Assembly (NCBI GenBank): GCA_036149055.1
Contig: JAYZQJ010000097.1
Location: forward strand, 17,456 to 81,455
DNA: 64,000 bases
Direction: 5' to 3'
DNA from: Myxococcota bacterium
GTDB lineage: Bacteria > Myxococcota_A > Polyangia > Polyangiales > Sandaracinaceae
Below the pieces are notes generated by a model. It worked only from the letters and a program-made list of their open reading frames with translations, was not told the DNA's origin and did not search any database. Positions 39,854 to 49,823 of the stretch are shown piece after piece. The stretch's first letter is position 1. Each line of letters starts with the position of its first letter. Both the position numbers and the translations under genes were made by a program.

Positions 39854-40399
39854 ATGACGATTCGATACCAGGTGGGGTTGGACGCCGCCTTGGACGCCCC
39901 AGCGGACGAGAGGCCCGGGGGCTTCTGTCGAGACGAGGTGCTCGCACACATCGCGGACGCGCTCTCGTCCTTCGACGACCTGGAGGTGCGCGAGCTCCTC
40001 TCGGCGGAGCTGCCGATGGCGTGCGGTCGCGAGGAGCACGAGGGAGAGCTGCTGGTGATGGGGGCGCCCGGAGTGGGGGGCGCGCTCCCGACCCCGCAGG
40101 CGGCTCGGGTCATCGACGGGCTGGCGACCCTCGGCCGGTCGGGCGAGATCTCCGATTCGCTTTTCCCGGACACCGGGGAGCGCGGCGTGCTGGTGCCGCC
40201 CTGGGTCCCTCCGGCGGGGCGCTTCGGCTTCCCGCACCCGCACCCGCTCGCGGGCGTCGCCTGGTCGAACATGGTCTCCGTCGCCAAACACGTGCGCTCC
40301 GTCGCCGAAGGCGACCCGGAGGCGTCGAAGCTCGTGAGCCTGCTCGACTTCTGCGTTCGCGAGAAGCTCGTGGTCAGCTGGTCCCGGAGCAACCGATGA
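39854..40399 (+). CDS. Hypothetical protein (181 aa)
   Basis: Globular-looking ORF; first of a chain of 4-bp-overlapping ORFs. Confidence 0.6.
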   Translation: MTIRYQVGLDAALDAPADERPGGFCRDEVLAHIADALSSFDDLEVRELLSAELPMACGREEHEGELLVMGAPGVGGALPTPQAARVIDGLATLGRSGEISDSLFPDTGERGVLVPPWVPPAGRFGFPHPHPLAGVAWSNMVSVAKHVRSVAEGDPEASKLVSLLDFCVREKLVVSWSRSNR

Positions 40400-40521
40400 C
40401 GCGGAGCGAGGCGAAACGACGTCAGGACGTCGTCGACGACATCGGTGCGGCGGTGCGGGGCTCGAACGAAGCGCAGCGGGTCGAGGAGCGCGTGGACGGC
40501 GAGCCACGGGGCCAGTCGTGA
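40396..40521 (+). CDS. Possible 41-aa coupling peptide MTRSEAKRRQ...
   Basis: ATGA overlap with the upstream stop and GTGA overlap with the downstream start. Confidence 0.35.
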   Translation: MTRSEAKRRQDVVDDIGAAVRGSNEAQRVEERVDGEPRGQS

Positions 40522-41725
40522 ACGGCCCCGAGCTGACACGAGAGGGGGTGTTGGCCCGGCTGATCGCCACTGGCGAGGTCTCGGTTCCGGGCTTCGGTCG
40601 CTTCGTCATCCGCGACCGTGGTGACGATCGGCAGCTGCCCTCGTTCCAGGCGGAGCCGGCGCTGATGGACGCGCGCGAAGGCGCGCCCCACAGGCTGCCC
40701 GCGCCCTGGTCTGAGGTGGTGAGCGCCCTTCGTGATGGACAGCAGCGTGAGGTTCCGGCCTCGGCACCTTCGCGGTCCGCGAGCAGAGGGGCTATCGAAC
40801 GCGAGATCCGCGGACGGGCGAGCCAGTCCAGGTCGCGCCGACCAAGACCGTGAGGATGACGCTCTCCCGGGCGTGGCGGGATGGGGCGCGTCGACGGATC
40901 CCCCCGTGTGAGCACTGGCTAGGCCCGGCCGCGGCCGCCCCGCCCCCGCCAAGCGCCTCCGCCCAGGAGCGGACGCCCGCCGACGTCGTGGGCGAGATCG
41001 CCGCCGGCCTCTCGTACCTCGTGCCGGAGGGCCCGCGCCGCGCCTCCGTGGTGGCCGAGCTGCAGATGCTCGAGCCCGACCTGGACGTCGCCAGCCTCGA
41101 GGCGCAGCTCGACGGAATCCTGGCGCGCACCGGCTCGGACCGGCGGACGCGCCCGCTCGCAGGAGCGATCGAGGCTCGGCCCGAGGAGCTCGCCTCGATG
41201 CGGGCTCAGCTGGATCACCTGAGGCGGGCCGCCGTACGTCACTACGGCCACCCTAGGGAGCATCATCGCGTCGTCGCGGCGACCCTCGAGGTTCACCGGC
41301 AGACCACCGGAGTGCTGGGGGTGACGGATCCGCTGGCCTACACACACATCGCGCTGCAGGACACCCTCGGCTCGTCGCCCGAGGTGGCCGCCGCGCTTCC
41401 GAGGATCGGCGACTTTCACAACGCTCGGATCCTCACGCTGTTCGGCAACGACCTCGTGGGGCTCCCCATCCCGACGGCGCGGCTGAGCGAGCTGCGCGCG
41501 CTGCATCTCGCTCAGAACCAGCTGGTCACCCTCCCCGAGGCGCTCTACGCCTGCGAGGCGCTCGAGTGGCTCGACCTCTCCGACAACCCCCTGAGGAGCG
41601 TCCCCGACGGGATCGAGCGCTGGAGGTCACTCCGCTATCTGGGCCTGCGACGGACCGAGCTCTCCGCCCCGGTCGTGAACGAGCTCCGCGCGCGCCTGCC
41701 CGACCGATGCATGGTCGAGAGCTGA
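40518..41725 (+). pseudogene. Tandem HU/IHF-like domains fused to C-terminal leucine-rich repeats, 1-nt frameshift at ~40757
   Basis: GEVSVPGFGRFVIRDR; then EVP/GLGTFAVREQRGYRTRDPRTGEPVQVAPTKTVR across the shift; LRRs LRALHLAQNQLVTLP and LEWLDLSDNPLRSVP. Confidence 0.72.
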
Positions 41726-41844
41726 ACACCCCGTCTCTCGAACGGCACGACGACAGCAATCTCGATGACTTGCGTGCAGTCATCCCGCGAGCTGAAGCGG
41801 CCGAGATCGGCCCTCACCCTCTCACCCACGGGAAGGAGATCGCG

Positions 41845-43353
41845 ATGCGGTGGATGATGTGCGTGGCAATGGCCGTAGGCCTCGGTGGGTGTGCCCTCGG
41901 CGGCGGTCGGGCCGGGCATCCCGACGGCGGCCGGGGACCACGACCAGACGCGGGACGTGAAGGGCCCATCGACGCCGGGGCTGGCGCCGACCGGGACGCG
42001 AGCGCCCCGGCGGACGCGGCCGACGCGAGCGCCCCGGTCGACGCGACCGCGGGCAGCGCGACGTGCGACCATCACGATTGCGGCGGAGACTGCGCCGACC
42101 TCCGTCGCGATCCCAGGCACTGCGGAGCCTGCGACGTGGCCTGTGGCGTCGACGAGGTCTGCGACGAGGGGGCCTGTCAGGCGACGCCGGTGGAGGCGTG
42201 GCGGGTGGACTATGGCCTCGGGCGCCCCGCCACGCCTGGCGCCGACCGCCTGCAGGATCTCGCGATCGACCCGAGCGGCCGCCCGTACGTGGTCGGCTGG
42301 GGTCGTGCCGCGCGCTACCTGGCGCACGACGCGGTGGCCGGCGGATTCGTGGAGGGCCTCGACCTCGCGGGACGCTCGCGCTTCTTGCACGTCACCCCGA
42401 TCTTCGAGCACACCGGCGCGCTGCCGCTCGGGGTCGCGGTCGCGGCCGACGGCCGCTACTACGTCGTGGGCTCGGTCACGGGGCCCTACGCGTTCGACGC
42501 CACGCACCACGCGCCCTCGGAGGCCCACTCGTTCGTCGCGGGGTACGACCCCGACGGGTCGATGGGGTGGCTGCTGGCGTCGAGCATGACCGCCGCGCCG
42601 CAGATCGACCTCCGCGACGGCGAGCTGTACGCGGCTCTGCGTCATCAAGACCGGCCCTATGTGCTCGGCGGGGTCACGCTGATCAGCGATGACCACTCGG
42701 GTTACGACATCTACACCGTCTCGATGACGACCGACGGCGCGGTTCGCTGGGGTCGCGGGGCGCTCGGCGGTCGCGCGAACGGGCTCGCCGCCGCGCCAGG
42801 CCACGTGGTGCGAGCGGGCTCCGAGTCGATCGCGACCGGCGGGGGGTTCTCCACCCAGCGCCACGCGCTCGAGGTCTTCGACACCGACGGAGAACCGCTC
42901 CCCGGCTATCGCGCGCTGAACGACCACGGCGGCGTCCTCGGCACGGCCGTGGCCGAGGGTGGAGGCGTCGTCTACGTGGCCGCGCTGGGCACCGACGACG
43001 CCGGCTGGGTGATCCAGCGCTACGTCGACCGCAACTTCGAGTGGGAGCGACAACTCGGCGCCGCCATCACGCTCGGCGACCTCGCGGTGGACGAGGCGGG
43101 TCGCGTCTACGCGTCGGGCGTGGTCAGGGACGGGGTGAGCTTCGACGGGGTGACGCGCGGCGCCGCCGACGAGGGCTTCGTCGTCGCCCTCGACGAGATG
43201 GGCGACACCCGCTGGTCGTGGTTCCACGCGGCCCCCGCCGACGCGTTCAACACGCGGGTCCGGGAGATCGAGGTCTCCGGCGAGCGGGTCTACGTCCGGC
43301 TCGAGTATGCGGGGTACGGAGGCGCGAGGGTGCTGGCGTTGCGACAGCGCTGA
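41845..43353 (+). CDS. Lipoprotein with myxobacterial Cys-rich repeat and beta-propeller-like domain
   Basis: SD AAGGAG; lipobox LGGC; CADLRRDPRHCGACDVAC repeat; LAIDPSGRPYVVG and LAVDEAGRVYASG blades. Confidence 0.8.
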   Translation: MRWMMCVAMAVGLGGCALGGGRAGHPDGGRGPRPDAGREGPIDAGAGADRDASAPADAADASAPVDATAGSATCDHHDCGGDCADLRRDPRHCGACDVACGVDEVCDEGACQATPVEAWRVDYGLGRPATPGADRLQDLAIDPSGRPYVVGWGRAARYLAHDAVAGGFVEGLDLAGRSRFLHVTPIFEHTGALPLGVAVAADGRYYVVGSVTGPYAFDATHHAPSEAHSFVAGYDPDGSMGWLLASSMTAAPQIDLRDGELYAALRHQDRPYVLGGVTLISDDHSGYDIYTVSMTTDGAVRWGRGALGGRANGLAAAPGHVVRAGSESIATGGGFSTQRHALEVFDTDGEPLPGYRALNDHGGVLGTAVAEGGGVVYVAALGTDDAGWVIQRYVDRNFEWERQLGAAITLGDLAVDEAGRVYASGVVRDGVSFDGVTRGAADEGFVVALDEMGDTRWSWFHAAPADAFNTRVREIEVSGERVYVRLEYAGYGGARVLALRQR

Positions 43354-43367
43354 CCCGCGCGCGAGGC

Positions 43368-44693
43368 TCACCAGGCGGCGCGGCGGAGCAGGTAGCGCGC
43401 GCCCAGCGACACGAGCTCCTCGATGAAGCGCGGGTCGTCGAGGAGCTCGGGGCGCAGCACCACCGCCGACTCCAGGCAGTGCCGGAGCGCGGCGCCGAAC
43501 ACCGCCGCGAGCCGCGCGGGGTCGCCGCCTCGCACCTCTCCTCGCGCCTCGAGCTGCCGCCGACCGATGGACTCGATCGCGCTCGAGACCTCGCCACGGA
43601 CCTCGTGGACCCAGGCCTGCGGCACCTCGGCCAGCAGCGCGCGCCGCGCCCGACGGTCCGGCCGCGCCCGCTCGACGAGGGGCTCGATCAGGCCCCGGAG
43701 GAGCGCGGCGAGGCTCCCTTCGCCCGGGGCGCCGAGCGGCGCGGAGAGCAGCTGCAGGGTGGCCGCCTCGCGCCGGCGCGCCAGCTCCGCGACCATCGCG
43801 CGCAGATCGGGGAAGTAGCGATACAGCGTCGCGGGGCTGACCCCCGCCCGGCGCGCGACCGCTCGCGCGGAGGTGGCCGCCCAGCCTCCTTCGGTGAGCA
43901 GCTCCAGCATGGCGCCGAGGATGGCCTCCACCGAGGCGCGCCCCCGCGCCGTGCTCGGGGTCTCGCGGACGGCGACCTCCGCCCCGCGCTCGGGCGACTC
44001 CTCTCGCAGCCGGGCGGCCACGTCGGCGAGCGGCTCGGGCCAGGGCGCCGGGGGCGGCGACTCGGGGGCCTCGAGCGTGGCGCCGTCGGGCGCCGCGTAT
44101 CGCCACGCGAGCGCGAACAGCTCCGCCCGGAGCGCGGGGTCGCCCAGGGTCTCGGGGCGCCGGAGGATCGCGTCCTCGACCGCGCCCTCCACGGCGTGGA
44201 AGACCACGAACGACATGACGTCGCGGGGGCCGTCGCGCAGCGCGAGCTGATCCATCACCTGCGCGAGCAGGCGCTCCGTGCTCGAGTCGGTGGGTCCGGA
44301 GGCGGGGAGCACCCAGGCGGCCGGGACCTGCAGGAGGAGCGCGCGCCGGGTGGCGAGGTTCGCGAGCCGAGGGTCGAGCAGCACGTCGACCAGGCTCGAC
44401 GTGACCGCGCGCGGATCCCCGACGTCGATCGCCGCCGCCCGCTCCATGGCGGACTCGAGCGCGTTCTGCTCCAGTCGCCGCGCGAGCTCGACGACGATGG
44501 CGTGCTTGTCGGGGAAGTACTGGTAGAGCGAGCCGATGCTCACCCCCGCCACTCGCGCGATCGCGTTCGTGTTCAGCGCCTCGTAGCCGTCCCGGTCGAG
44601 GAGCAGGGCGGTGGCGTCCCGGACGGCGGCCACGATGGCCCGCCCCTCCGACGTGGTGGGGTCGCGTCGTCGCTCGGGGACCTCGGCGCTCAC
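43368..44693 (-). CDS. Tandem double TetR-family transcriptional regulator
   Basis: Two TetR HTHs: TNAIARVAGVSIGSLYQYFPDK and ARAVARRAGVSPATLYRYFPD. Confidence 0.9.
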   Translation of the reverse strand: MSAEVPERRRDPTTSEGRAIVAAVRDATALLLDRDGYEALNTNAIARVAGVSIGSLYQYFPDKHAIVVELARRLEQNALESAMERAAAIDVGDPRAVTSSLVDVLLDPRLANLATRRALLLQVPAAWVLPASGPTDSSTERLLAQVMDQLALRDGPRDVMSFVVFHAVEGAVEDAILRRPETLGDPALRAELFALAWRYAAPDGATLEAPESPPPAPWPEPLADVAARLREESPERGAEVAVRETPSTARGRASVEAILGAMLELLTEGGWAATSARAVARRAGVSPATLYRYFPDLRAMVAELARRREAATLQLLSAPLGAPGEGSLAALLRGLIEPLVERARPDRRARRALLAEVPQAWVHEVRGEVSSAIESIGRRQLEARGEVRGGDPARLAAVFGAALRHCLESAVVLRPELLDDPRFIEELVSLGARYLLRRAAW

Positions 44694-44834
44694 GCCCCGG
44701 TTCTAACACGCCCCCGCACCTCGACGGAGCTGAACGCGCCCGGGTGTCTCGGTCGATCGTGAACGATCCCCAGGAGTTGCGGTCGCTGGTCTCGCGAGCT
44801 GCGGCGCCCCGCGCGGCCCCTCACCTTGAACGCC

Positions 44835-45977
44835 ATGAACCGACCCGAGCACTGGTGGCGCGATCGACCGAGCTGGCTGGACGCGCTGTACGATACCGAG
44901 AGCGAGCTGCGCTGGCTGTCCGAGGCGGAGTCGCGCGGGAGGCTGCACGATCTGGCGAGCGCGTCGACCGATCCGCGCTCCGGTGGCTGGGCCATGCTCC
45001 TCCGCGAGGGCGCCGCCGCCCCGACGACCGCGGTGGCGGTGGCGGAGCTCCCAGCGCGCTCCGATCGGACGGGACAGACGCCGTACCACCCCACGCTCTG
45101 GGTGGACACGAGGCAGCCCGACCGGTGGTGGCTCGCGCTCGACGCGATGGCGCCTCCTCCGGCCTGGATCGACGCCGGCGCGAGCGAGGGCGCGCTGCGC
45201 GAGGCCTACGCGCCTTACCGCCCCGAGGGCCTGCTCCCCGAGCCCAGCCTCTACCGTGAGCACTCGTTCTTCGTGTGCTTCGCCGACGAGGCCCCGCTCG
45301 ACCGGCTCGCGCAGATGGTCGCGTCCTGCCCCCTGATGGACGGGGCGCTCGTCTGGGGCAGCGCGTGCGCCCACGACCCCTGGAAGGCGTCGGTTCGGAT
45401 GCCCGCGATCGAGCTGCAGCGGGCCGTCGCCGAGGATCTCCGGCAGCACGGCGGCAAGCAAGCGAGCTTCACGTGGCGCAGCGCCTTCAGCCAGAGCGTG
45501 ATCCGGCTGCGAGAGCACCGCCTGCGGGTGACCGTGTGTGACGTCCGCTACCGGCCTGCGAGCTCCGGCTCCACCGTCGCCGCGCTCGCGGCCCTGCGCG
45601 GGGTCGACTACCCGGCCGATCTGCCCGTCGACGTGGCGGCGGGGCTGCTCGCGCTCCCGCAGGAGACGTCGGCCGCCCTCGAGGCGCGCCTCCGCGACGC
45701 GGCGCCACCGGACCTCGAGGCCGAGGAGGCCGGCATGCCGTCGCCGGTGGTCGTCGACGCGCTCGCCTACGCGGTGCTCCACGCGCACGACCTGCCGCGG
45801 GCCCAGTGGGTGGTGAAGGAAGCGCTCGGCCGCTCGCCCTACGAGCGGCAGGCAGGCCGGCTCATCGCCAAGCACCTCGGCCTCTACGCCGACCTCGCCG
45901 AGCTCGTCGCGCGTGAGCCCGACCCGTCGCGGCTCGGGCGCGAGAGCTGGCTCCTCGACCTCGGAGATCCGTCATGA
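44835..45977 (+). CDS. Hypothetical protein
   Basis: Host-like ORF; ATGA-coupled to the next gene. Confidence 0.65.
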   Translation: MNRPEHWWRDRPSWLDALYDTESELRWLSEAESRGRLHDLASASTDPRSGGWAMLLREGAAAPTTAVAVAELPARSDRTGQTPYHPTLWVDTRQPDRWWLALDAMAPPPAWIDAGASEGALREAYAPYRPEGLLPEPSLYREHSFFVCFADEAPLDRLAQMVASCPLMDGALVWGSACAHDPWKASVRMPAIELQRAVAEDLRQHGGKQASFTWRSAFSQSVIRLREHRLRVTVCDVRYRPASSGSTVAALAALRGVDYPADLPVDVAAGLLALPQETSAALEARLRDAAPPDLEAEEAGMPSPVVVDALAYAVLHAHDLPRAQWVVKEALGRSPYERQAGRLIAKHLGLYADLAELVAREPDPSRLGRESWLLDLGDPS

Positions 45978-47935
45978 AGATGTTCCTGATCACCCGCCGC
46001 GACGCCGACCGCGTCGCCCTGCACGAGCGGCTCGAGGGCGCCGGATGGCGCGCCTTCGAGGCCGAGGAGTACCCGGTGTTCCGCGAGTGGCGCGACCCCG
46101 AGGGCGCGCCCCTCACCTACGAGGAGGTGGGGCCGCTCGGGGTGCGGGTGCTCGGTTGTCGCGGCGCGCTCCCCGACTGTCTCTCGGACTGGGGCGGGCT
46201 CGTCGCGCTCGATTCGGTAGGGCCCGACGGCGGGCCGCTCGGCGCCGGCTGGAAGCTCGAGGCGCTGCGCGCGAGGATGGACCTCGGGTTCGACGAGGCG
46301 CGCCTCGCGCCGCTGATCGAGGTGGCGTGCGGGGACGATCCGCGCGCCGCGGGGGTGGTGCTGCGGACCGTCTCGACGGTGGCGTACATGGAGCCGCTCC
46401 TCCGCGCCGTCGCCGCCCGCTTCGACGCGGAGACCGAGCGCGGCCGCTACGCGCGGGCGATGCTCGACCACGTCGCGCCGGACGATCCGGTCGTGATCGC
46501 GCGGCGCCGCGCCGCGGCCGTGCCGGGCCTCGAGCGCCTGCGCGCGCTGCGCGAGGCGTTCCACGCCGGCGACGGGCTCCTCACCGAGGCGCTCGCCACC
46601 CTGCTCGTGGACGACGGCCACATGACGGCGGAGGTGATGGCGATGCGCGGCGAGGCGCGCCGACACGCGGGCGAGACCTGGCGCGCGGCGATCGATCTGC
46701 TCTTCGCGCGACACGAGGCGGCGCAGGAGATCGATCCCACGCCCGAGCCGGCGTGGGTCGGCCCGGCCCTCGACGCGCTGCACCCCGTGCTCGCGTCCGG
46801 CGAGGCCGGCCCGCTCCCGGTCGACGCGCTCGACCCGCTCCTGCGGCGCACGTTCGTCGGCCTGCCGTGTCTCCGCGATCTGCTCCCGGTCGCCGGCGAC
46901 GCGACCCACGCGGTGGCCAGCCGGCTCGCGCTGCTCGCGCTGAGGAGCTCGGATCGCCCCGTCGCGCGGGAGGCCGCCGAGCGCGCGCTGGCCGAGCGGC
47001 CCGACGAGATGACGACCTACGTGATCGCGACCCTCGCGCTGGGCCGCGACCGCGCGGCGAGCGAGCCCGAGGCGCTCGACCGGCTCGAGGAGGCGTGGCG
47101 GCGCCTGCTGCACGGACCGATCGACGACGTGGACCTCGCGCTGTACGCCCTGGCCGAAGGCGACCGGCGGCCGATGAGGCTCGAGGAGCGGCTCGCCGAG
47201 CTGCGCCTGCACGCGCTGAAGCGGCAAGGCCACGCAATGGATCAGGTCGCGTTCGCGCGGGAGGCGGTCGAGCGCATGCCGCGGTCGCTGAGCCTCGGCG
47301 CCGAGCTGGGGATCGCGCTCACGGGGCTGGAGCGGCACGACGCCGCGATCGAGGCGTACTCGCGCGTGATCGAGCAGGCCGTCGAGTCACGCCTCGAGGA
47401 CGCGCCGCCGGTCACCCTCAGCTACTTCAACCGCGCGTGCGAGCGCGCGATCACCGGCGACCACGACGCCGCGCTGGACGATCTCGAGGAGGCGATCCGC
47501 GGGGACGAGAGCTGGGCAGAGGCGGCCGCCACCGACGACTACTTCGCCTCGCTGCGGGGCGATCGGAGGTTCGAGAAGCTCTGCCGCGGCGAGGTCGAGA
47601 AGGCGCCCGTCGTGGTCGAGGGGGTGCTCGCGCCGATCGCCCGGGTGCTGTGCGCGGTCGAGGCGTCGGGGGTGTCCCGCGAGGAGCTCGGCGACGCCAT
47701 CCGAGACGCCGTGCGCGGTCAGCCGCCCTCGCCCCGCCTGGCTCGCATGCCCGACGTGCCCGAGGCGCTCGCGAGCCTCGGCCGGCTGCTCGCCCACCGG
47801 GAGGTGATGGTGGCCGGGATGATGGCGATGGAGCTCTACGCGGCCGGAGAGAACGAGCTCGACGAGACGCTCGCGATGATCGCCCCGATGGCCGACCACG
47901 CGGTCCGCGCACCCATGGCGCCGGGGCGAGGATGA
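45974..47935 (+). CDS. TPR-containing hypothetical protein
   Basis: ELGIALTGLERHDAAIEAYSRVIE and YFNRACERAITGDHDAALDDLEEAI...DDYFASLRGDRRF. Confidence 0.8.
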   Translation: MKMFLITRRDADRVALHERLEGAGWRAFEAEEYPVFREWRDPEGAPLTYEEVGPLGVRVLGCRGALPDCLSDWGGLVALDSVGPDGGPLGAGWKLEALRARMDLGFDEARLAPLIEVACGDDPRAAGVVLRTVSTVAYMEPLLRAVAARFDAETERGRYARAMLDHVAPDDPVVIARRRAAAVPGLERLRALREAFHAGDGLLTEALATLLVDDGHMTAEVMAMRGEARRHAGETWRAAIDLLFARHEAAQEIDPTPEPAWVGPALDALHPVLASGEAGPLPVDALDPLLRRTFVGLPCLRDLLPVAGDATHAVASRLALLALRSSDRPVAREAAERALAERPDEMTTYVIATLALGRDRAASEPEALDRLEEAWRRLLHGPIDDVDLALYALAEGDRRPMRLEERLAELRLHALKRQGHAMDQVAFAREAVERMPRSLSLGAELGIALTGLERHDAAIEAYSRVIEQAVESRLEDAPPVTLSYFNRACERAITGDHDAALDDLEEAIRGDESWAEAAATDDYFASLRGDRRFEKLCRGEVEKAPVVVEGVLAPIARVLCAVEASGVSREELGDAIRDAVRGQPPSPRLARMPDVPEALASLGRLLAHREVMVAGMMAMELYAAGENELDETLAMIAPMADHAVRAPMAPGRG

Positions 47936-48975
47936 AGATCCCGGCCGACTTCGACGCCGAGCCGGGCAGTCACGACTGGGACCTCCTCGTCCCGGTCGCC
48001 ATGGCGCACCGGCTGGGGGTCTTCGCGCGGCCGCCCGGGCTGCGCTGGATCCACGACCAGGGCTTGCGCGACGCGCTGCGGAGACAGCTCGACGTGGAGC
48101 TCGCCTCGGGGACCGAGCTCGTTCGCGCCTACCCGCAGATCTTCGAGCTCGCGGCGGCGGCGCGGGTGCTCGGCGAGGACAACCCCTGGGCGCCGCTCCT
48201 CGACGTGGAGGTGCCCTACGAGCGCTCGCCTCACGGGACGTTCGGCTGGTTGCCCGTCACGCGCCTCGCGGCGGAGCGGTGCGGCTGGGCGCGGCCCCAG
48301 GGCATCGACGCGCGCGACTACCTGGAGCTGGACCGCGGGTGGGCGCCCGAGCGCCTGGACATCGTGCGCTGGTCGCTCCGCGACGATCCCACGCCGACCG
48401 ACGACGACGTCGCCTACGCCGCGCACGCTGCGCTGGGCGCCGGCGAGGTGCTCCCGGGGACCTTCGGGCGCACCGCGTTCGCCCTCTTCGTCGCGGGCCT
48501 CGGGGACGACGCGAGGTGGACGGACGGCGTGGTCGAAGCCGAATGGCTCGCGGCGCATCGGACTCGCGACGGGTTGGCCGAGCACGCGTGGAAGACGGCG
48601 CGGAGACAGCGGCGCCTGGTCACCCGCGTCGACGGGCCCACTCCGCGCGCGGCGCTGACGGCGCCGGTGGCGGAGCTGTGGCCGCGCCTCGCGCACGAGC
48701 TGAGCTACGTCATGGCGGACCTCGGCCGCGCGAAGTCGTGGGGCGCGGTCTTCACGGCCGAGGACGGCGCGCTCGAGCTGGTGTGCGAGGTCGGCGCGCT
48801 GCCGGACGCCGACCACGCGTGGCTGCGCCCGTACGTGTCGGTCTGGGAGGAGCGCGCCCGGCTCCTGCGCCAGATGCTGCGCCCTCGGTTCCAGAGCGAG
48901 ATCCGCTGCGCCATCCGCTGGGTCGCGAAGGCGGGTCGCCGCCGTCACGTCCTCGCCGAGTCGCGCCCCGCGTGA
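47932..48975 (+). CDS. Hypothetical protein (347 aa)
   Basis: Start MKIPADF with ATGA overlap; host-like GC3. Confidence 0.65.
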   Translation: MKIPADFDAEPGSHDWDLLVPVAMAHRLGVFARPPGLRWIHDQGLRDALRRQLDVELASGTELVRAYPQIFELAAAARVLGEDNPWAPLLDVEVPYERSPHGTFGWLPVTRLAAERCGWARPQGIDARDYLELDRGWAPERLDIVRWSLRDDPTPTDDDVAYAAHAALGAGEVLPGTFGRTAFALFVAGLGDDARWTDGVVEAEWLAAHRTRDGLAEHAWKTARRQRRLVTRVDGPTPRAALTAPVAELWPRLAHELSYVMADLGRAKSWGAVFTAEDGALELVCEVGALPDADHAWLRPYVSVWEERARLLRQMLRPRFQSEIRCAIRWVAKAGRRRHVLAESRPA

Positions 48976-49027
48976 CGCGGAGCTCGCGATGGCCGACCGC
49001 GCCGTCCGCGCGCTCGGAGCGGGTCGA

Positions 49028-49732
49028 CTACGGAACGCAGACGTCGAAGCCGGTGCGGGTGGAGACGCAGCGCCAGCCCGGGATGGAGCAGTCGGCGGCG
49101 GTGGAGCACGCCTCGAGGCAGGTCGGGGTCTCGTTCATCTGCGGCCCGCCGTTCACGGCGGCCCGGATGCGCACGCAGTGGCCTCCGGCGCAGCTCCGCG
49201 TGTCGTCCGGCCCGGCGCAGGCGCGCGAGCAGACGGAGCCGGTGCTCTCGAGGGTGATCGTGTAGCAGTCCTCGGCCACGCCACAGGCGGCGCCCGCCGC
49301 GCACGACTGGTAGAGGCGGGAGGGATCGCCCGCGTCGATCGGCGCGGCGTCCGGCTCGGACCCGGCGTCACGCGGGACCACGGTCCCCGCGTCCTCGGCC
49401 GGCGGCGGCGGCACGTCGATGGCGGTCCGGCAGGCCTCGCTCTCGAGCGGGCGCGTGTCGCAGGTCGCGCCGCGCACGGTCGCGAGGCAGGTGTCGAAGC
49501 GGTCGGCGTCGACGATCACCTCCTCCTCGCACGTGCCGTCGCGCTCGCAGCACTCGAAGTTGGCGACGTTCTCGCAGTCCTCCTGCGTCCCCGCCCAGTC
49601 GTCGCAGCGGATCGCGTACATGCACGTGGCCGGCGCCGTCTCCGCGCACACGCTCTGCCGCGTGCGCGTGTCCCCGTTCGAGCAGCCGCCGATGCACGCC
49701 AGCGTCATCATCACCGAGATCCACCGGACCAT
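49028..49732 (-). CDS. Cys-rich lipoprotein
   Basis: Lipobox IGGC; two Cys-rich modules joined by a DAG/Pro linker; SD GGAGG. Confidence 0.78.
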   Translation of the reverse strand: MVRWISVMMTLACIGGCSNGDTRTRQSVCAETAPATCMYAIRCDDWAGTQEDCENVANFECCERDGTCEEEVIVDADRFDTCLATVRGATCDTRPLESEACRTAIDVPPPPAEDAGTVVPRDAGSEPDAAPIDAGDPSRLYQSCAAGAACGVAEDCYTITLESTGSVCSRACAGPDDTRSCAGGHCVRIRAAVNGGPQMNETPTCLEACSTAADCSIPGWRCVSTRTGFDVCVP

Positions 49733-49823
49733 GTCGTCCTCCCTCCAACCGCGAAGGCGGGACGATGCGAGCGGCGTGCGCCCCGGTCAAGCCGCGGGGG
49801 CGGACCCGCCCCTGCCCGACAAG

